In this document: piece after piece, positions 39,780 through 50,274 of the stretch
Layout of the letters: every line of letters begins with the position of its first letter
How positions within the stretch are numbered: the stretch's first letter is position 1
Source of the DNA: Candidatus Poribacteria bacterium
GTDB lineage: Bacteria > Poribacteria > WGA-4E > WGA-3G
Direction of reading: 5' to 3'
Assembly: GCA_965205025.1 (NCBI GenBank)
Contig: CBDBFU010000002.1
Span: 288,001 to 352,000, forward strand
Length of the DNA: 64,000 nucleotides
The notes under the pieces: generated by a model
What the model saw: only the letters and a program-made list of their open reading frames with translations
Told to the model about the DNA's origin: nothing
The model's database searches: none
Made by a program: the position numbers and the translations under genes

Positions 39780-42212
39780 TTATTCTATCCATTGCCTGAT
39801 TTCATCTACACCAAAATTTATGATAAATTCTGCGTAATGACTTGAAAACAGATCTCTAAGGTATGTACCAACTTCAATGTCCGATTTTACTCCATCCTCA
39901 TTCTCTTGCACAAGTTGATATTTATGTGCTTTTGTAATTGTGTACAAAAACAGTGTGTGCGCGTAGACAGAAGCAATATACTTTCGATTACCATTTTCAA
40001 TTTGCTCCTCGCTAGGATTTCTGTTTTTGGCTCTGAAATTCATCAAAACATTACTATCCATATTGATGTATATCTTTTCTAACTTCTCCCCATTAACTAT
40101 AGGATGTATTACTGTGGTATAGTCCATTGTATATCCAGTTCCCGATTCAAAACGTTCCCATGATATTGAACCATTCTTTTCTGTCTGATTAACCAATATC
40201 GGTTCCGGTAAACCTAAGGTAGGTGCGTCCTTTTGTTCCGGTTTTGGGGTAGGTTCGGTAGGAACTTTAGTTTCGCTAATTTTAACCCAAAATATTTCAT
40301 TGTATTCTCCTACTGGATCTGCTAATGTGACTTTTATCTCAATTTCATCTCCAACATCCAGTTCTTCTTTTGGACTAAGATGGAGTTTAATAGTTCCATC
40401 TTGTGGACTGCTTTTACGAGCATTAAATACATCCTCAACTCGGTCAACCTTTCCTGGAGCATTCCCACCTGTAGTTTCATTTTTATTATAATTCAAAATG
40501 GCAATTTTTAATTCACCAGGTTCTTCAATTCGATCAAAATAATTATTCTCCACATCTGTATCAAAAAGAATTGTTTTCTCTCCACCAGACGGTATAGAAA
40601 CGACCTCCCTATCAGCTTTCCCTTGTGATCGGCGTTTGAAGGAAGAAGGAAAACGTTGGGGGTTAAACGGTTCAGGAACAATGTCTTTTCGTTTCTTCTT
40701 AGAATGGTTTGTATTTTGTTTTCCTTTAGCTTTAAGATCCAGATTTAAAGTCTGATCCAATAATTTAAACAATTCTTCGTTATGTGTAATATCCTTTAGA
40801 AAAGTTTTGAGCAATTCTTTTGTACCTTCACTCTCAACTGATATAGAATCCTTCCTACGTTTTTGAATTTCCGCTAAACGACCATCCTTAGCCGTAAGTT
40901 TTCTAGCTAAAAAATCTCTTAACTTCAGGGATTCCTCACCCTTCTTTAACCGATCTCGCGATGCCATAAATAATTCTTTGCTAAAACTCCTTTTCATATT
41001 TGTACAATCAACATGAATTAGGAGATGGTTCTTAAGAATACTCATTTTTAATGAATTGGATATAAATTCAGTTGTATAATGTCCATGAACTTGTCCATTG
41101 ATAGAAAACAGAACACGCATATTATTTTTGAAAAACTCTCTATCAATTGTATCTTTAGTTTCTTTTACTGATTTATCCTCAATTTTTGTTTTAAAGATAT
41201 AACAGGTAACTTTCATTTTACCAAAAAGCGTGTCATCATACTCATCTGAAAAAGAATCCTCAACATACTTGTTGTCTTCTTGTTCTAATCTACGTTTTAA
41301 CCCGTATAAGCCTCTACGTAAGGAACTTTGAGGATATCGTTTTTCGTCTTCAATGGTGTAGACAGGGAGAACTGGTTCAAACAGATATTCATTAATACTC
41401 CGGTTCAAATCTCTTGAAATATCAGAAATTCTTGGAAGATCGTAAGAGTAAAGTTTAATGACTGTACCAGTAATGAATTTTCTTTTGAAGAGACCTAAAT
41501 CCAGTTCATCAATAGAGAATGCGGGGATTTTCCCGTCAATCTTTAAGTATTCATACCATGTATTCTTTTTTGTACTTTCTTCTTCTATGGACAGTGGATG
41601 TTCTCTGATAAGAGTAAAACCGAATTCTCCAGTATTGTCGAAACGTTTTGAGGCAATTAATTGGTAACGTTTCTTACCACAAAATACAATTGCCCCACTT
41701 CCGCCCATATTGTATTTTCCTTGCACAAAGTGTATTTCATTTTTATTACCACGTAATAAGGATAAGAAAGTATCTTTAAAGTCTTCAGGGCGTTGTCCTT
41801 CACCATTATCATAGATTATTAGAGAAGTATTTTTCCTTGGACCATCGGCTAAAATCTGTATATTTTCAGCTTGTTTATTTCTTGTATTTGCCAGATCCCA
41901 ATCTCTATGTTTTGGGAAGAATAAGGTTCTGGCTTCTTCCATAGATTGTGGGGCTTGAAGTGATTTCGGATCGATGTTTGCTTCAAGGCATTTCTTCATT
42001 AAGACAGCATCAATTGAATTTGTGATTTTCTCTATCAATGCTGCAATTGGAGTAGATTGTTGGTTTTCGACTATAGCAAAGTTGTTCTCTCTATCACCAA
42101 GGAGAGACCAGTTATCTGACTTGAAAATGTTGGGATGATTGTTGATAATTGTATCAACTTCTTGCTCAGTTTGAGCAAAATATAGCTTATCAAAAAGTTG
42201 TTTCATGTTCAT
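39780..42212 (-). CDS. GHKL (MORC/Hsp90-like) ATPase-domain protein
   Basis: Bergerat motifs EKITNSIDA, YDNGEGQ, QGKYNMGGSG, GTVIKL. Confidence 0.75.
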   Translation of the reverse strand: MNMKQLFDKLYFAQTEQEVDTIINNHPNIFKSDNWSLLGDRENNFAIVENQQSTPIAALIEKITNSIDAVLMKKCLEANIDPKSLQAPQSMEEARTLFFPKHRDWDLANTRNKQAENIQILADGPRKNTSLIIYDNGEGQRPEDFKDTFLSLLRGNKNEIHFVQGKYNMGGSGAIVFCGKKRYQLIASKRFDNTGEFGFTLIREHPLSIEEESTKKNTWYEYLKIDGKIPAFSIDELDLGLFKRKFITGTVIKLYSYDLPRISDISRDLNRSINEYLFEPVLPVYTIEDEKRYPQSSLRRGLYGLKRRLEQEDNKYVEDSFSDEYDDTLFGKMKVTCYIFKTKIEDKSVKETKDTIDREFFKNNMRVLFSINGQVHGHYTTEFISNSLKMSILKNHLLIHVDCTNMKRSFSKELFMASRDRLKKGEESLKLRDFLARKLTAKDGRLAEIQKRRKDSISVESEGTKELLKTFLKDITHNEELFKLLDQTLNLDLKAKGKQNTNHSKKKRKDIVPEPFNPQRFPSSFKRRSQGKADREVVSIPSGGEKTILFDTDVENNYFDRIEEPGELKIAILNYNKNETTGGNAPGKVDRVEDVFNARKSSPQDGTIKLHLSPKEELDVGDEIEIKVTLADPVGEYNEIFWVKISETKVPTEPTPKPEQKDAPTLGLPEPILVNQTEKNGSISWERFESGTGYTMDYTTVIHPIVNGEKLEKIYINMDSNVLMNFRAKNRNPSEEQIENGNRKYIASVYAHTLFLYTITKAHKYQLVQENEDGVKSDIEVGTYLRDLFSSHYAEFIINFGVDEIRQWIE

Positions 42213-42258
42213 TCATAGTTTGTTTTGCATAGCATAAATATCAATTAAGGCTGGACAT

Positions 42259-44553
42259 CTAGTATTCAAGCCAAGGTGCAATTACATCCCAAGCAAGTTG
42301 TAGGATGTTTTTTGTCCGTTTTTGGATAAGGCACTTCGTCCAGTCGGTCACTTCAGCAATAGGTTCTAACATATCAAGCCGTACTTGTTTCTTGAGTAAA
42401 TTTTCGGTCCGCTTCGGAAAAGTTAAACCTTCATTCTTGGCTTCTTCAAATTGATTTTTTCTTTCTTCTTCTGTTTTTGCGGCTAACGCACGGTAAAATA
42501 ATTGTTTCTTAGTCCAAGGTGCGTTACCAACGTATGAATTTTCCTTTTGTGGAAGCAAAATAATGTTTCCTATCGTATGCCGGGTATATAATTCCTTATA
42601 TATTTCATCATCCCAACCATCGGATTTTGAAACAGGGGCTACATGTTCAATGGTTTTATATTTATCATCTTGCCACTTACTAAAGTTAAGAAATGCTAAT
42701 TGATCACTATGTATTGTATCTTCTTCACGTGTAAGGAGACCTGGATTTCCTTGATCTGTCGTAGAGTTATCGGAAGCTGCAAAGAGCAAAAATCGACACA
42801 AAGGCTTTGAAGAACTGGCTAAAGGCACTTCACATACGCGAGAAACCCAAGTTTCCTTGTCTTCCACTCCGATACGCGGGATAGCCAAATATTCTTTCAA
42901 TGTTTCCTTAAGTTCATCTAAACTGGGTAGCGAATTTGAATAGTCTAAACCAGTGCAAAGTGTTCTCATCATCTTTCTAAAGTCAGTATCAATTCCTCCA
43001 GTAGTACCTGTTATTGAGCGCCTTAGAGCGAGAAAAGCGGTAAGTGCCATTACAGCATGAGTGAAAGTATCTTCTTTTCCATCTTGCTGATATTGTGCCC
43101 AATATCGTGCCATTATTGGAAGTGCCAGACTCGTTTTCATATCAGATATGAACGCGCAGCATAGTTTAAGTCGATTACTTGTATCGTTGGAATGAATACT
43201 ATCAAGAGTGTGGATAGAATCTTTGTTCCAATAAGTTTGCCGAAATTCTGCGATATCCGCTAACGATTGAACGATTCGACGTTTAAGGTTTGAAGTCGCA
43301 GCTCTTTCAAGTATTGTCCTCAAATAAATACGCTGATCAGCAAGGTTCTCTGGTAACTTGTAACCTTCCATGTATAAAGCGAATGTAACCAGTAAGTCTC
43401 TTGTCTCATTTTGCCGTTTATCATTTTCAAGATAAATGTGGTCTAAATTTTCTTCAAGCCTTTCAAACTGCTTTGCACTCTCAGTTATACTAAAGTTTGT
43501 ATTTCTGTTTTCACGTTCAAAACTCATTACATTAGGTTTGAACGTTTCGATAGCTGTCAGTGGTTCACCAGTTGTATTTAGAGAATCAAATATATCAAAG
43601 GCAGCATTTTCGTCGCTTGTCTCAATCCGCATTAGAACAACTGATTTCAATACGTAGTGAGAAAATAATATAAGTCGGACGAGACCATGTGAATCGGAAT
43701 TACTAACTATATCTGAAATTGCATTGTACTTTTCCGTTCGGTCAGACAGCATATCCAATTTTTTAAACAAATTACACAATCCATCATTCTGAAAATTATC
43801 ATGACTAATTTGATTGAAATCTAGGTCACTTTGCTCTGTAGTGTCTGACGTATCATTTCCATTATAAATACCAAACTTTACTTGTTTTTTTATATAATCA
43901 TAATTTTGAAAAAATCGAAGTGTATCAGCGTTATCATCTGTTTGGACTGGAGAGAAAGTAGAACAGTTTTGTAAACAGTAATTGTCAAAATCATGCAAGA
44001 ATTTGGCAATTACAGATTGATATTTTGCCTCGGAGTGGCTAAATGCCCGGTTATCATCTTGAAAACGAACTACACGAGGGAACCCAGATGTATTACCATT
44101 ACTGTGAAGTTGACCTACAGCACAGTCATATAGTCTTTCAAGAATAAACTCAATTTCCTTTTTTATCCAATCTATTGTAGGTTCTCGAAGGTTGTTAGTG
44201 TTGTCTTTTTGTAGGGATAATTCTTCAGTTAAAGCACAGCAGAGGAGGATTAATGTTATTAATCTCTGCTGTCCGTCAACTACAGAGAGTGAAGTGCCAT
44301 CAAATGAAGATTCAGGTTCCTCTTTTACAAGTATTAATGTGCCGAGGAAGGTATATGATTCATCATTAGACGTAGAAAGATTATAGAATCTATTTAGGCA
44401 ATCCTCTAGGAGACGCTTTATATTATCCGCGTTCCAATCGTAGGTCCGTTGATATTCAGGAATGCGAAAACCTACGTTTTTATTATGGCAAGTCATTGTT
44501 CCTTGATAATGATCAGATTTTGCGGAGTAAATCTTTGAGACTGGTTGTGACAC
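42259..44553 (-). CDS. sspE: SspE PT-sensing restriction effector (DUF262 + DUF1524/HNH)
   Basis: IPEYQRTYDW, VVDGQQRL, FDSLNTTGEPL, TIEHVAP, IGNIILL; directly after sspD. Confidence 0.85.
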   Translation of the reverse strand: MSQPVSKIYSAKSDHYQGTMTCHNKNVGFRIPEYQRTYDWNADNIKRLLEDCLNRFYNLSTSNDESYTFLGTLILVKEEPESSFDGTSLSVVDGQQRLITLILLCCALTEELSLQKDNTNNLREPTIDWIKKEIEFILERLYDCAVGQLHSNGNTSGFPRVVRFQDDNRAFSHSEAKYQSVIAKFLHDFDNYCLQNCSTFSPVQTDDNADTLRFFQNYDYIKKQVKFGIYNGNDTSDTTEQSDLDFNQISHDNFQNDGLCNLFKKLDMLSDRTEKYNAISDIVSNSDSHGLVRLILFSHYVLKSVVLMRIETSDENAAFDIFDSLNTTGEPLTAIETFKPNVMSFERENRNTNFSITESAKQFERLEENLDHIYLENDKRQNETRDLLVTFALYMEGYKLPENLADQRIYLRTILERAATSNLKRRIVQSLADIAEFRQTYWNKDSIHTLDSIHSNDTSNRLKLCCAFISDMKTSLALPIMARYWAQYQQDGKEDTFTHAVMALTAFLALRRSITGTTGGIDTDFRKMMRTLCTGLDYSNSLPSLDELKETLKEYLAIPRIGVEDKETWVSRVCEVPLASSSKPLCRFLLFAASDNSTTDQGNPGLLTREEDTIHSDQLAFLNFSKWQDDKYKTIEHVAPVSKSDGWDDEIYKELYTRHTIGNIILLPQKENSYVGNAPWTKKQLFYRALAAKTEEERKNQFEEAKNEGLTFPKRTENLLKKQVRLDMLEPIAEVTDWTKCLIQKRTKNILQLAWDVIAPWLEY

Positions 44554-44577
44554 GTAGAAACTCCTTATAATGAATTA

Positions 44578-45408
44578 TTACTTATGACATACCAAACAAG
44601 GTTCCTCGTCATCCTCATCGTCATGCACATCGGTGAGGATTTCAATAAGGCGTTGATTTGGTTTATCTTTTTTCTTTGATGCCTTCGCTTGTTCGGTGTG
44701 TTCTTTAATTTGTTCTATCCGTTCAGGAGTTGCCAATTCTTCTAAACTCTCGCCTTGACTCCATGTAAACCGTTCGCCAGTTTCTGGATTGAACTTCTCG
44801 TATCCTTTGGCACGTTCAAACAGATCTGGATGTTGTTCCAAGAGTCCAACCCATTCGGATTTGCGTTGGAAGAAACAGAAGTAGCAACCGGAACGTGTCC
44901 GCCAGTTGTAGTAATCAGGCATTCCGAGACCGCTCTCCTCCAGAATTTGGTACACATCCTCTTTGGTAATACCGTCTTCTTTGAATGGATATTTGGGTTC
45001 GATGTTTCGGAGAGAGGTTGTTTTTAGAGGCTTGTAACCAACCCGATCCTCATCGGCACGTATAGCAATGTAATGATACGCCTTACTATCTCCAATGTTT
45101 TTTTCTACATATTTCTCAAAAGGTTTTATTTTCAGTTTGATGGTACACCAACGCACTTGAGATGACGGCAACATATTTCCGTGAAGTGTTAACCAGTGAT
45201 CAAAATCTCGCTCAACATTTAGTCGTTTAATCGTTTTACCGAGAAATACCTCAAGGCGTTCAAGAAACTCATATGTTTCTGGTAATTCCTTACCGGTATC
45301 AGTAAAAAAATATTCCATCTCAGGAATTTTGTCCCGCATATAAATAGCGAGTGCTGAGCTGTCTTTGCCACCCGAAAGTCCAAGAAGATGGTGTATTTTT
45401 CTTGCCAT
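44578..45408 (-). CDS. sspD: PAPS-reductase-family PT synthase SspD, copy 1
   Basis: SGGKDS, RWCT, RSGCYFCFFQ, CLVCHK; in sspBCD order. Confidence 0.88.
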   Translation of the reverse strand: MARKIHHLLGLSGGKDSSALAIYMRDKIPEMEYFFTDTGKELPETYEFLERLEVFLGKTIKRLNVERDFDHWLTLHGNMLPSSQVRWCTIKLKIKPFEKYVEKNIGDSKAYHYIAIRADEDRVGYKPLKTTSLRNIEPKYPFKEDGITKEDVYQILEESGLGMPDYYNWRTRSGCYFCFFQRKSEWVGLLEQHPDLFERAKGYEKFNPETGERFTWSQGESLEELATPERIEQIKEHTEQAKASKKKDKPNQRLIEILTDVHDDEDDEEPCLVCHK

Positions 45409-45476
45409 TCTGCCTCCGTAAATAATTTATTGACAATACTTTTTAATATTAAACAACACTCTGAGAAAATGTAAAA

Positions 45477-48400
45477 CTAATTATTTTTTTCATATTCTTC
45501 TTCCCGTTGCATCTCTTTATTAACAATTTGTGCTAATACCCAAAGACGGAGTTTCGATCTTTTATCTTTATCAAGGTCTTCAATCAATTCTTGAATTTTC
45601 TCAACCATTTCATTAGCTTGTTTCTCATTCGATTGAAGTAATGTAACAACCTGTTCTTGTTCATCTCTGTTTGGTATAGTTGTACCTATCCTAATCGGTT
45701 TGGTTCCAGATAATACGTCCAGTTTTCTCCTTTCATAGGATATCACTTCAAAGTGTTGGAACTCTCTTATTAGTTGTGATAGTTTAATCTCAAATTGTAC
45801 TTTGTCTGTGTCATTCCAAGAGGATGGTAGTTTGTTAATGACAAATGCAGCAATTGCCTCAAGCCAATTCTTGAATTTAAGTTCATTATCACAAATCCGT
45901 GTTATAAACCCCATTAGTTGTGTACCACTTGTAACTTCCTGTAATGATTTAGATAAATCTATTAATTCCTTACGGAGTCTTTCATTCTTATATTCTATAG
46001 AGAAATTGGATGCTAATTGTTGTTCGATAAAATCAAGGAGAGAAGGATATGCCTGCTTCAATTCAACTAATACCCTTCGTAATGTTCTAAAAAATTGGAC
46101 AGTATTCGGGTTTATATCTGTTTCGACACAAAGAGGCACACAGTTTACGGATTTAGGCAGATCATGAAATAGCAGTCTGTCAGGTTCACGTGCTTCAATA
46201 ACAGTTTTACATAGGTCTTTGGCATTTTTACTTAAGCTTTGGGTTTGCAAAGTATACTTAGGAAGCCGGTTAACAAATACCATAAGTGGTGTTGCTATTG
46301 TTAATAGGTTTGGTGTAACTGTTTCTGGACTCTGAGTTGAAAAATCTATGATTTCTTCTATAACATTCAGATACTTTACTAAAACATTTGTTCGTTGACC
46401 TATCATTTGAAACCGTTTAAGTTCAAATTTATCAGGTGCTTTTAGTAATCGTTCAAAAACCGGCATTGACAGATCAGGTACAAAAGAACCGTTTTCATAG
46501 AGTGCTACTTCTGATCGGTAACATAACATCGCAGCACACAACAAAATCGGCAATGGACCGTTTCGTACACCGTATGGTGGTTTCCTAAGACCTTTGTATA
46601 ATAATTCAATAGGTTGTCGTTTACTTTCACACGCGGTAAGAAACTTTTCAATTTTCTGCCATGTTGGATATATTTTACTCTTATCACGTTTTTTCGGTGG
46701 ATGGAATCCCCATAAATCTGTTTCGCAACGATGTATTCCTGTCTTCAATAAAAGGGACTGGTAGATACTCATTTCAGGAGGATTTCTTTTGATACCAAGG
46801 TTTTCTTTATCTCCACTTTCAACCATGGCTTGAATTAATTCTCTCCTTGCAGCTGTAACAGTACCAGAGATTTGCCGTCGATTAATAAGTTCATTCCGAA
46901 AAATCGGAGTTTTATTGTAAATCTGTTGACAAATTTCTGATAAATATACATTTCTTTCTCTAAAAGTTCTGAAAAATTCTTTTTTCCCTTTGTAATACCA
47001 AAAACAAGCATTTTCATTGTCTTCATCAAAAATTGTTCTTAATTGTTTTCTAACATCTGTTTCCACTTCTAAAAGCCTTGTCGAGAATTCACGTCTTGCA
47101 ATATCATCTTTCTGTAACTCAGGAGTATTTTGTTGAATCCACCGTAATCTTGCCACTTCAATAACCTTTTCTCGTAAAGAACCTATCGCGCCGGGTATTG
47201 CAATTAATACACCTTTTTCTGTTGTTTTTTCCGCCTTTTTACATAACTGATCCGCTTCATGTTCACTTGCGGGTAATGTGTAAAGGATCAGTCCATCTGC
47301 ATCGTAGGGTTCAATCAAATCCATCTCAAAATTATCTAAATTCGTGTAGCGAACGGTGAAATATCGTAGAGTGCCTGTTTCGAAAAGATGTCGTCTTGCA
47401 ACGAGGTATTGGGTCGGTAGATAGCGTGATAAATCATTTTCAAGTACCATATATGTGTCAACATGTGTTTGTGCCTCACTGAGTTTCTCATCAATATCAA
47501 TATCGCTTCCTTCCCATATTATAAAAGTATCGTTATAACTCCGGTAGGTAATTATTGAATTCTTTATTAATTCATTGAGTGCTAAGTCGAATTCCTTAGG
47601 AAAAGATTTTGTATTATCATCAAGAATATAGTAGAGAAGTTTTTTGGAAGCTTTCAGATTTGTAATAACTTCACCTGTAATATTGAGTAGTCCAATAACT
47701 TTTATCAACTTCACCGTTACTTTGGAGGGTTCTGGCAATCTATTTATAGCTGATTCAATTTCTACCCAATTCTTACTATTGCTTGAAGTGTAGAGTTTAT
47801 TCCCTTGTGTAATGTAAAGGTAATCGTAAAGGTCTGATATTGAGAACAAAGGCAGGATGTCTTCCTCACAATGCTGTTTTGTAAGGAAATCTTGTAATCC
47901 GTTGGGTTCACTTGAACTAAGGAAAGCAAAAAGAGAACGTTCATTCTGTCCAAATTGCCGGAATAACGGTCCGATGAGGAGTGCTACTATTGGGTGAAGA
48001 GGCAGACAATGCTCTAACAAGAGAATTAATTCGGTCTCGTCTAATTGCGGGGTTTTCAACCCTAATTCAATTACAGGATTAAAGTTGACGTTCCATGAAG
48101 TATTTGTACGATTATCTAACGCAGTTCCAACTAAGCGTAAGACTTGTTCTACAGGTTCGGTGAAAGGCACATCTTCAAAACGTCCTTGTACTTTTGCCCA
48201 TTCCTCACGCTGTGATATAGCGGCATGTTTGGCATACATATCAAATGCTTGGTGAAGAATAGTTAATAAAAATAAAGGTGTTTCCGTGCTTCGATCAGCA
48301 ATTTCAGCTAAAGCCTGTAAAATAAACACATCACCTTTAGTAGGATCTTGAGAAGCATATTCGAGAAATTTCCCAAGTTCATCAATTACAAGTAATATTC

Positions 48401-49013
48401 CAGCCCCTTTATGCCTTTTCACTTGTTGTGTTGCTGATTCAAAGAGTTTAATAATTTCAGATACTTGTGGAAGTTTTCCATTTTCTGCTGTTTTTAACAA
48501 GCTATTGATTTGTCGAATTGACGAACAGGTCTTTGATATTCCATTGAAAGAGATAAGACCTTGCTGCAAACCTTGAAGAATAGCAAGGGAAATTGGAGCA
48601 CGTTCCCCTGAAATAAGAACAGGACAGAAACCCAACGAAGATGTTTGTTCTTTACCGTTTAGGTTAGTTAATCGATTATATAATATTCTATCTCCTTGTT
48701 TAAGTAAACTTAATGCTTGTTCTGTTCTCGTAGAATCTAAATCTCCGAGTAGATTTGCTGCAAAAAGAGCGAATGCAGATTTTCCTGATCCATAAGGTCC
48801 AGTAAGGGACCACGCTTTTGATGATTCATTATTCTCTAATGCTGAAACGATACGTCCTAATACCTCGCGTGCTGTCGCAGTTACCACATATCCTTCCAAT
48901 ACATTTTCATCGGTATAAAAGTCTCGCTCTAAATGAACAGAACGATGAAAACGCCCTCTAACGTGAAAAAGATCTGATAATGGATTATTCATAAATTCTC
49001 TTAAATAAATCAA
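45477..49013 (-). CDS. sspC: SspC large P-loop ATPase
   Basis: RSVHLERD, GPYGSGKS, VIDELGKFLE, EWAKVQGRF, QNERSLF. Confidence 0.87.
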   Translation of the reverse strand: MIYLREFMNNPLSDLFHVRGRFHRSVHLERDFYTDENVLEGYVVTATAREVLGRIVSALENNESSKAWSLTGPYGSGKSAFALFAANLLGDLDSTRTEQALSLLKQGDRILYNRLTNLNGKEQTSSLGFCPVLISGERAPISLAILQGLQQGLISFNGISKTCSSIRQINSLLKTAENGKLPQVSEIIKLFESATQQVKRHKGAGILLVIDELGKFLEYASQDPTKGDVFILQALAEIADRSTETPLFLLTILHQAFDMYAKHAAISQREEWAKVQGRFEDVPFTEPVEQVLRLVGTALDNRTNTSWNVNFNPVIELGLKTPQLDETELILLLEHCLPLHPIVALLIGPLFRQFGQNERSLFAFLSSSEPNGLQDFLTKQHCEEDILPLFSISDLYDYLYITQGNKLYTSSNSKNWVEIESAINRLPEPSKVTVKLIKVIGLLNITGEVITNLKASKKLLYYILDDNTKSFPKEFDLALNELIKNSIITYRSYNDTFIIWEGSDIDIDEKLSEAQTHVDTYMVLENDLSRYLPTQYLVARRHLFETGTLRYFTVRYTNLDNFEMDLIEPYDADGLILYTLPASEHEADQLCKKAEKTTEKGVLIAIPGAIGSLREKVIEVARLRWIQQNTPELQKDDIARREFSTRLLEVETDVRKQLRTIFDEDNENACFWYYKGKKEFFRTFRERNVYLSEICQQIYNKTPIFRNELINRRQISGTVTAARRELIQAMVESGDKENLGIKRNPPEMSIYQSLLLKTGIHRCETDLWGFHPPKKRDKSKIYPTWQKIEKFLTACESKRQPIELLYKGLRKPPYGVRNGPLPILLCAAMLCYRSEVALYENGSFVPDLSMPVFERLLKAPDKFELKRFQMIGQRTNVLVKYLNVIEEIIDFSTQSPETVTPNLLTIATPLMVFVNRLPKYTLQTQSLSKNAKDLCKTVIEAREPDRLLFHDLPKSVNCVPLCVETDINPNTVQFFRTLRRVLVELKQAYPSLLDFIEQQLASNFSIEYKNERLRKELIDLSKSLQEVTSGTQLMGFITRICDNELKFKNWLEAIAAFVINKLPSSWNDTDKVQFEIKLSQLIREFQHFEVISYERRKLDVLSGTKPIRIGTTIPNRDEQEQVVTLLQSNEKQANEMVEKIQELIEDLDKDKRSKLRLWVLAQIVNKEMQREEEYEKNN

Positions 49014-49935
49014 ATGAATCTATTTTTTCGTGCCGTGAAATCTCTTTTAATCCAGCGGTATCATCGTACGTAAACGCCCTGTTAGTCATCAACTCAAGAT
49101 TTTCAAGATGCATTACCATTGTATTTTCATCTATTTTAAGAACTTGCCCAGGACTGAATTTTGAATACATAATTTTTGAAAAAGAAAGTGTGCTCGTATC
49201 TGAAGGTTGATGATCCCAAAAGTCAGAGATAAAAAAAGTAATTATTGAATCACTTAAAGATGGTTTAGTACCTAAATTGAATTGGTATCTGTTTTCGTTT
49301 GGCACTTCGCTAATTAAGTCTAATTCAACAAGTGGACAATCAAATGTATCCTCAATAATTGAATCTACTGCTGACCGAGAATTACAATATGTCCGAATGA
49401 AACAACCGATATCTTGTTTAATTGTTTTTTCAGAAGGTAGTTTTCTTATATTTTCTTGCTGTTTTAACCAGTCCATCAGGTCTTTAATAAGAGATTCACG
49501 TGTAAATTCTGGGTAATTGAAGAAACTAAATGCCCAAGACCATGTAGCTGCACTAACTTGGTTTCTTGCAATATTCCAATGGAGCCACCACAAAGTTGCA
49601 GGATTTTCCAAGTAGGGGTCAAGACCTTTTTCATCGTCGAAGATCGCTTTTCCAAAGTCTGTACCTTTAAACGCATTCCGTTTATCTGAACTGTTTTGTA
49701 TTTTTTCAATTATTTTTGTTGTTAAACACCAATGCTGAATAGAACTTACCATATTTTTTCCTACGCCTAATGTAACAAGAGCGTCCTCATCAGAAAAAAC
49801 GTTTGCATTTTTCTTAACAGCATCAAAACCTTTTTTAAGCCACGTGTACCTAAACGGAAAAGTTTGATGTCCTGAGAAGGAGGGATTTTTAAAGTAAGGT
49901 GTGGTTGTGTTTTCAGCAAGTAATCGGGAATCCAT
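48985..49935 (-). CDS. sspB: SspB (DUF4007) nickase-like protein
   Basis: FSGHQTFPFRYTWLKKG, LGVGKNMVSSIQHW, DPYLENPATLWWLHW, DTAGL. Confidence 0.88.
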   Translation of the reverse strand: MDSRLLAENTTTPYFKNPSFSGHQTFPFRYTWLKKGFDAVKKNANVFSDEDALVTLGVGKNMVSSIQHWCLTTKIIEKIQNSSDKRNAFKGTDFGKAIFDDEKGLDPYLENPATLWWLHWNIARNQVSAATWSWAFSFFNYPEFTRESLIKDLMDWLKQQENIRKLPSEKTIKQDIGCFIRTYCNSRSAVDSIIEDTFDCPLVELDLISEVPNENRYQFNLGTKPSLSDSIITFFISDFWDHQPSDTSTLSFSKIMYSKFSPGQVLKIDENTMVMHLENLELMTNRAFTYDDTAGLKEISRHEKIDSFDLFKRIYE

Positions 49936-50274
49936 ACCATATATCTTACCATAAATTTGGGTGTAATTTCAATAGGATTTCTACAGGATTGGAACAGCAA
50001 AATCATCCGTTTTCAACGCCAAATTGTCCCATCTTTAAAATAATTGAAAAATAAAGTGAAGAAAATATAAACCACCAACAACTAACATACAACATCACAG
50101 TCGCATAAAATAATTTGTCAAAATAGAAATAATATTATATAATACTATATTGTTCATTATATGTATACCAATACTAATCCATCATTTAAGGGTTCATCAT
50201 GTATAAGTTAAACAGATATACAAATAAAATGCAATCTCATAGGAACGGCATATCTTTGGTACAAAACAGGTGTA

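Noticed and set aside
44578-49935. BREX type 4 (DUF4007 + PAPS reductase + ATPase)
   Set aside because: No PglZ or BrxL; the separate B-C-D genes followed by DUF262/DUF1524 fit SspBCD-E
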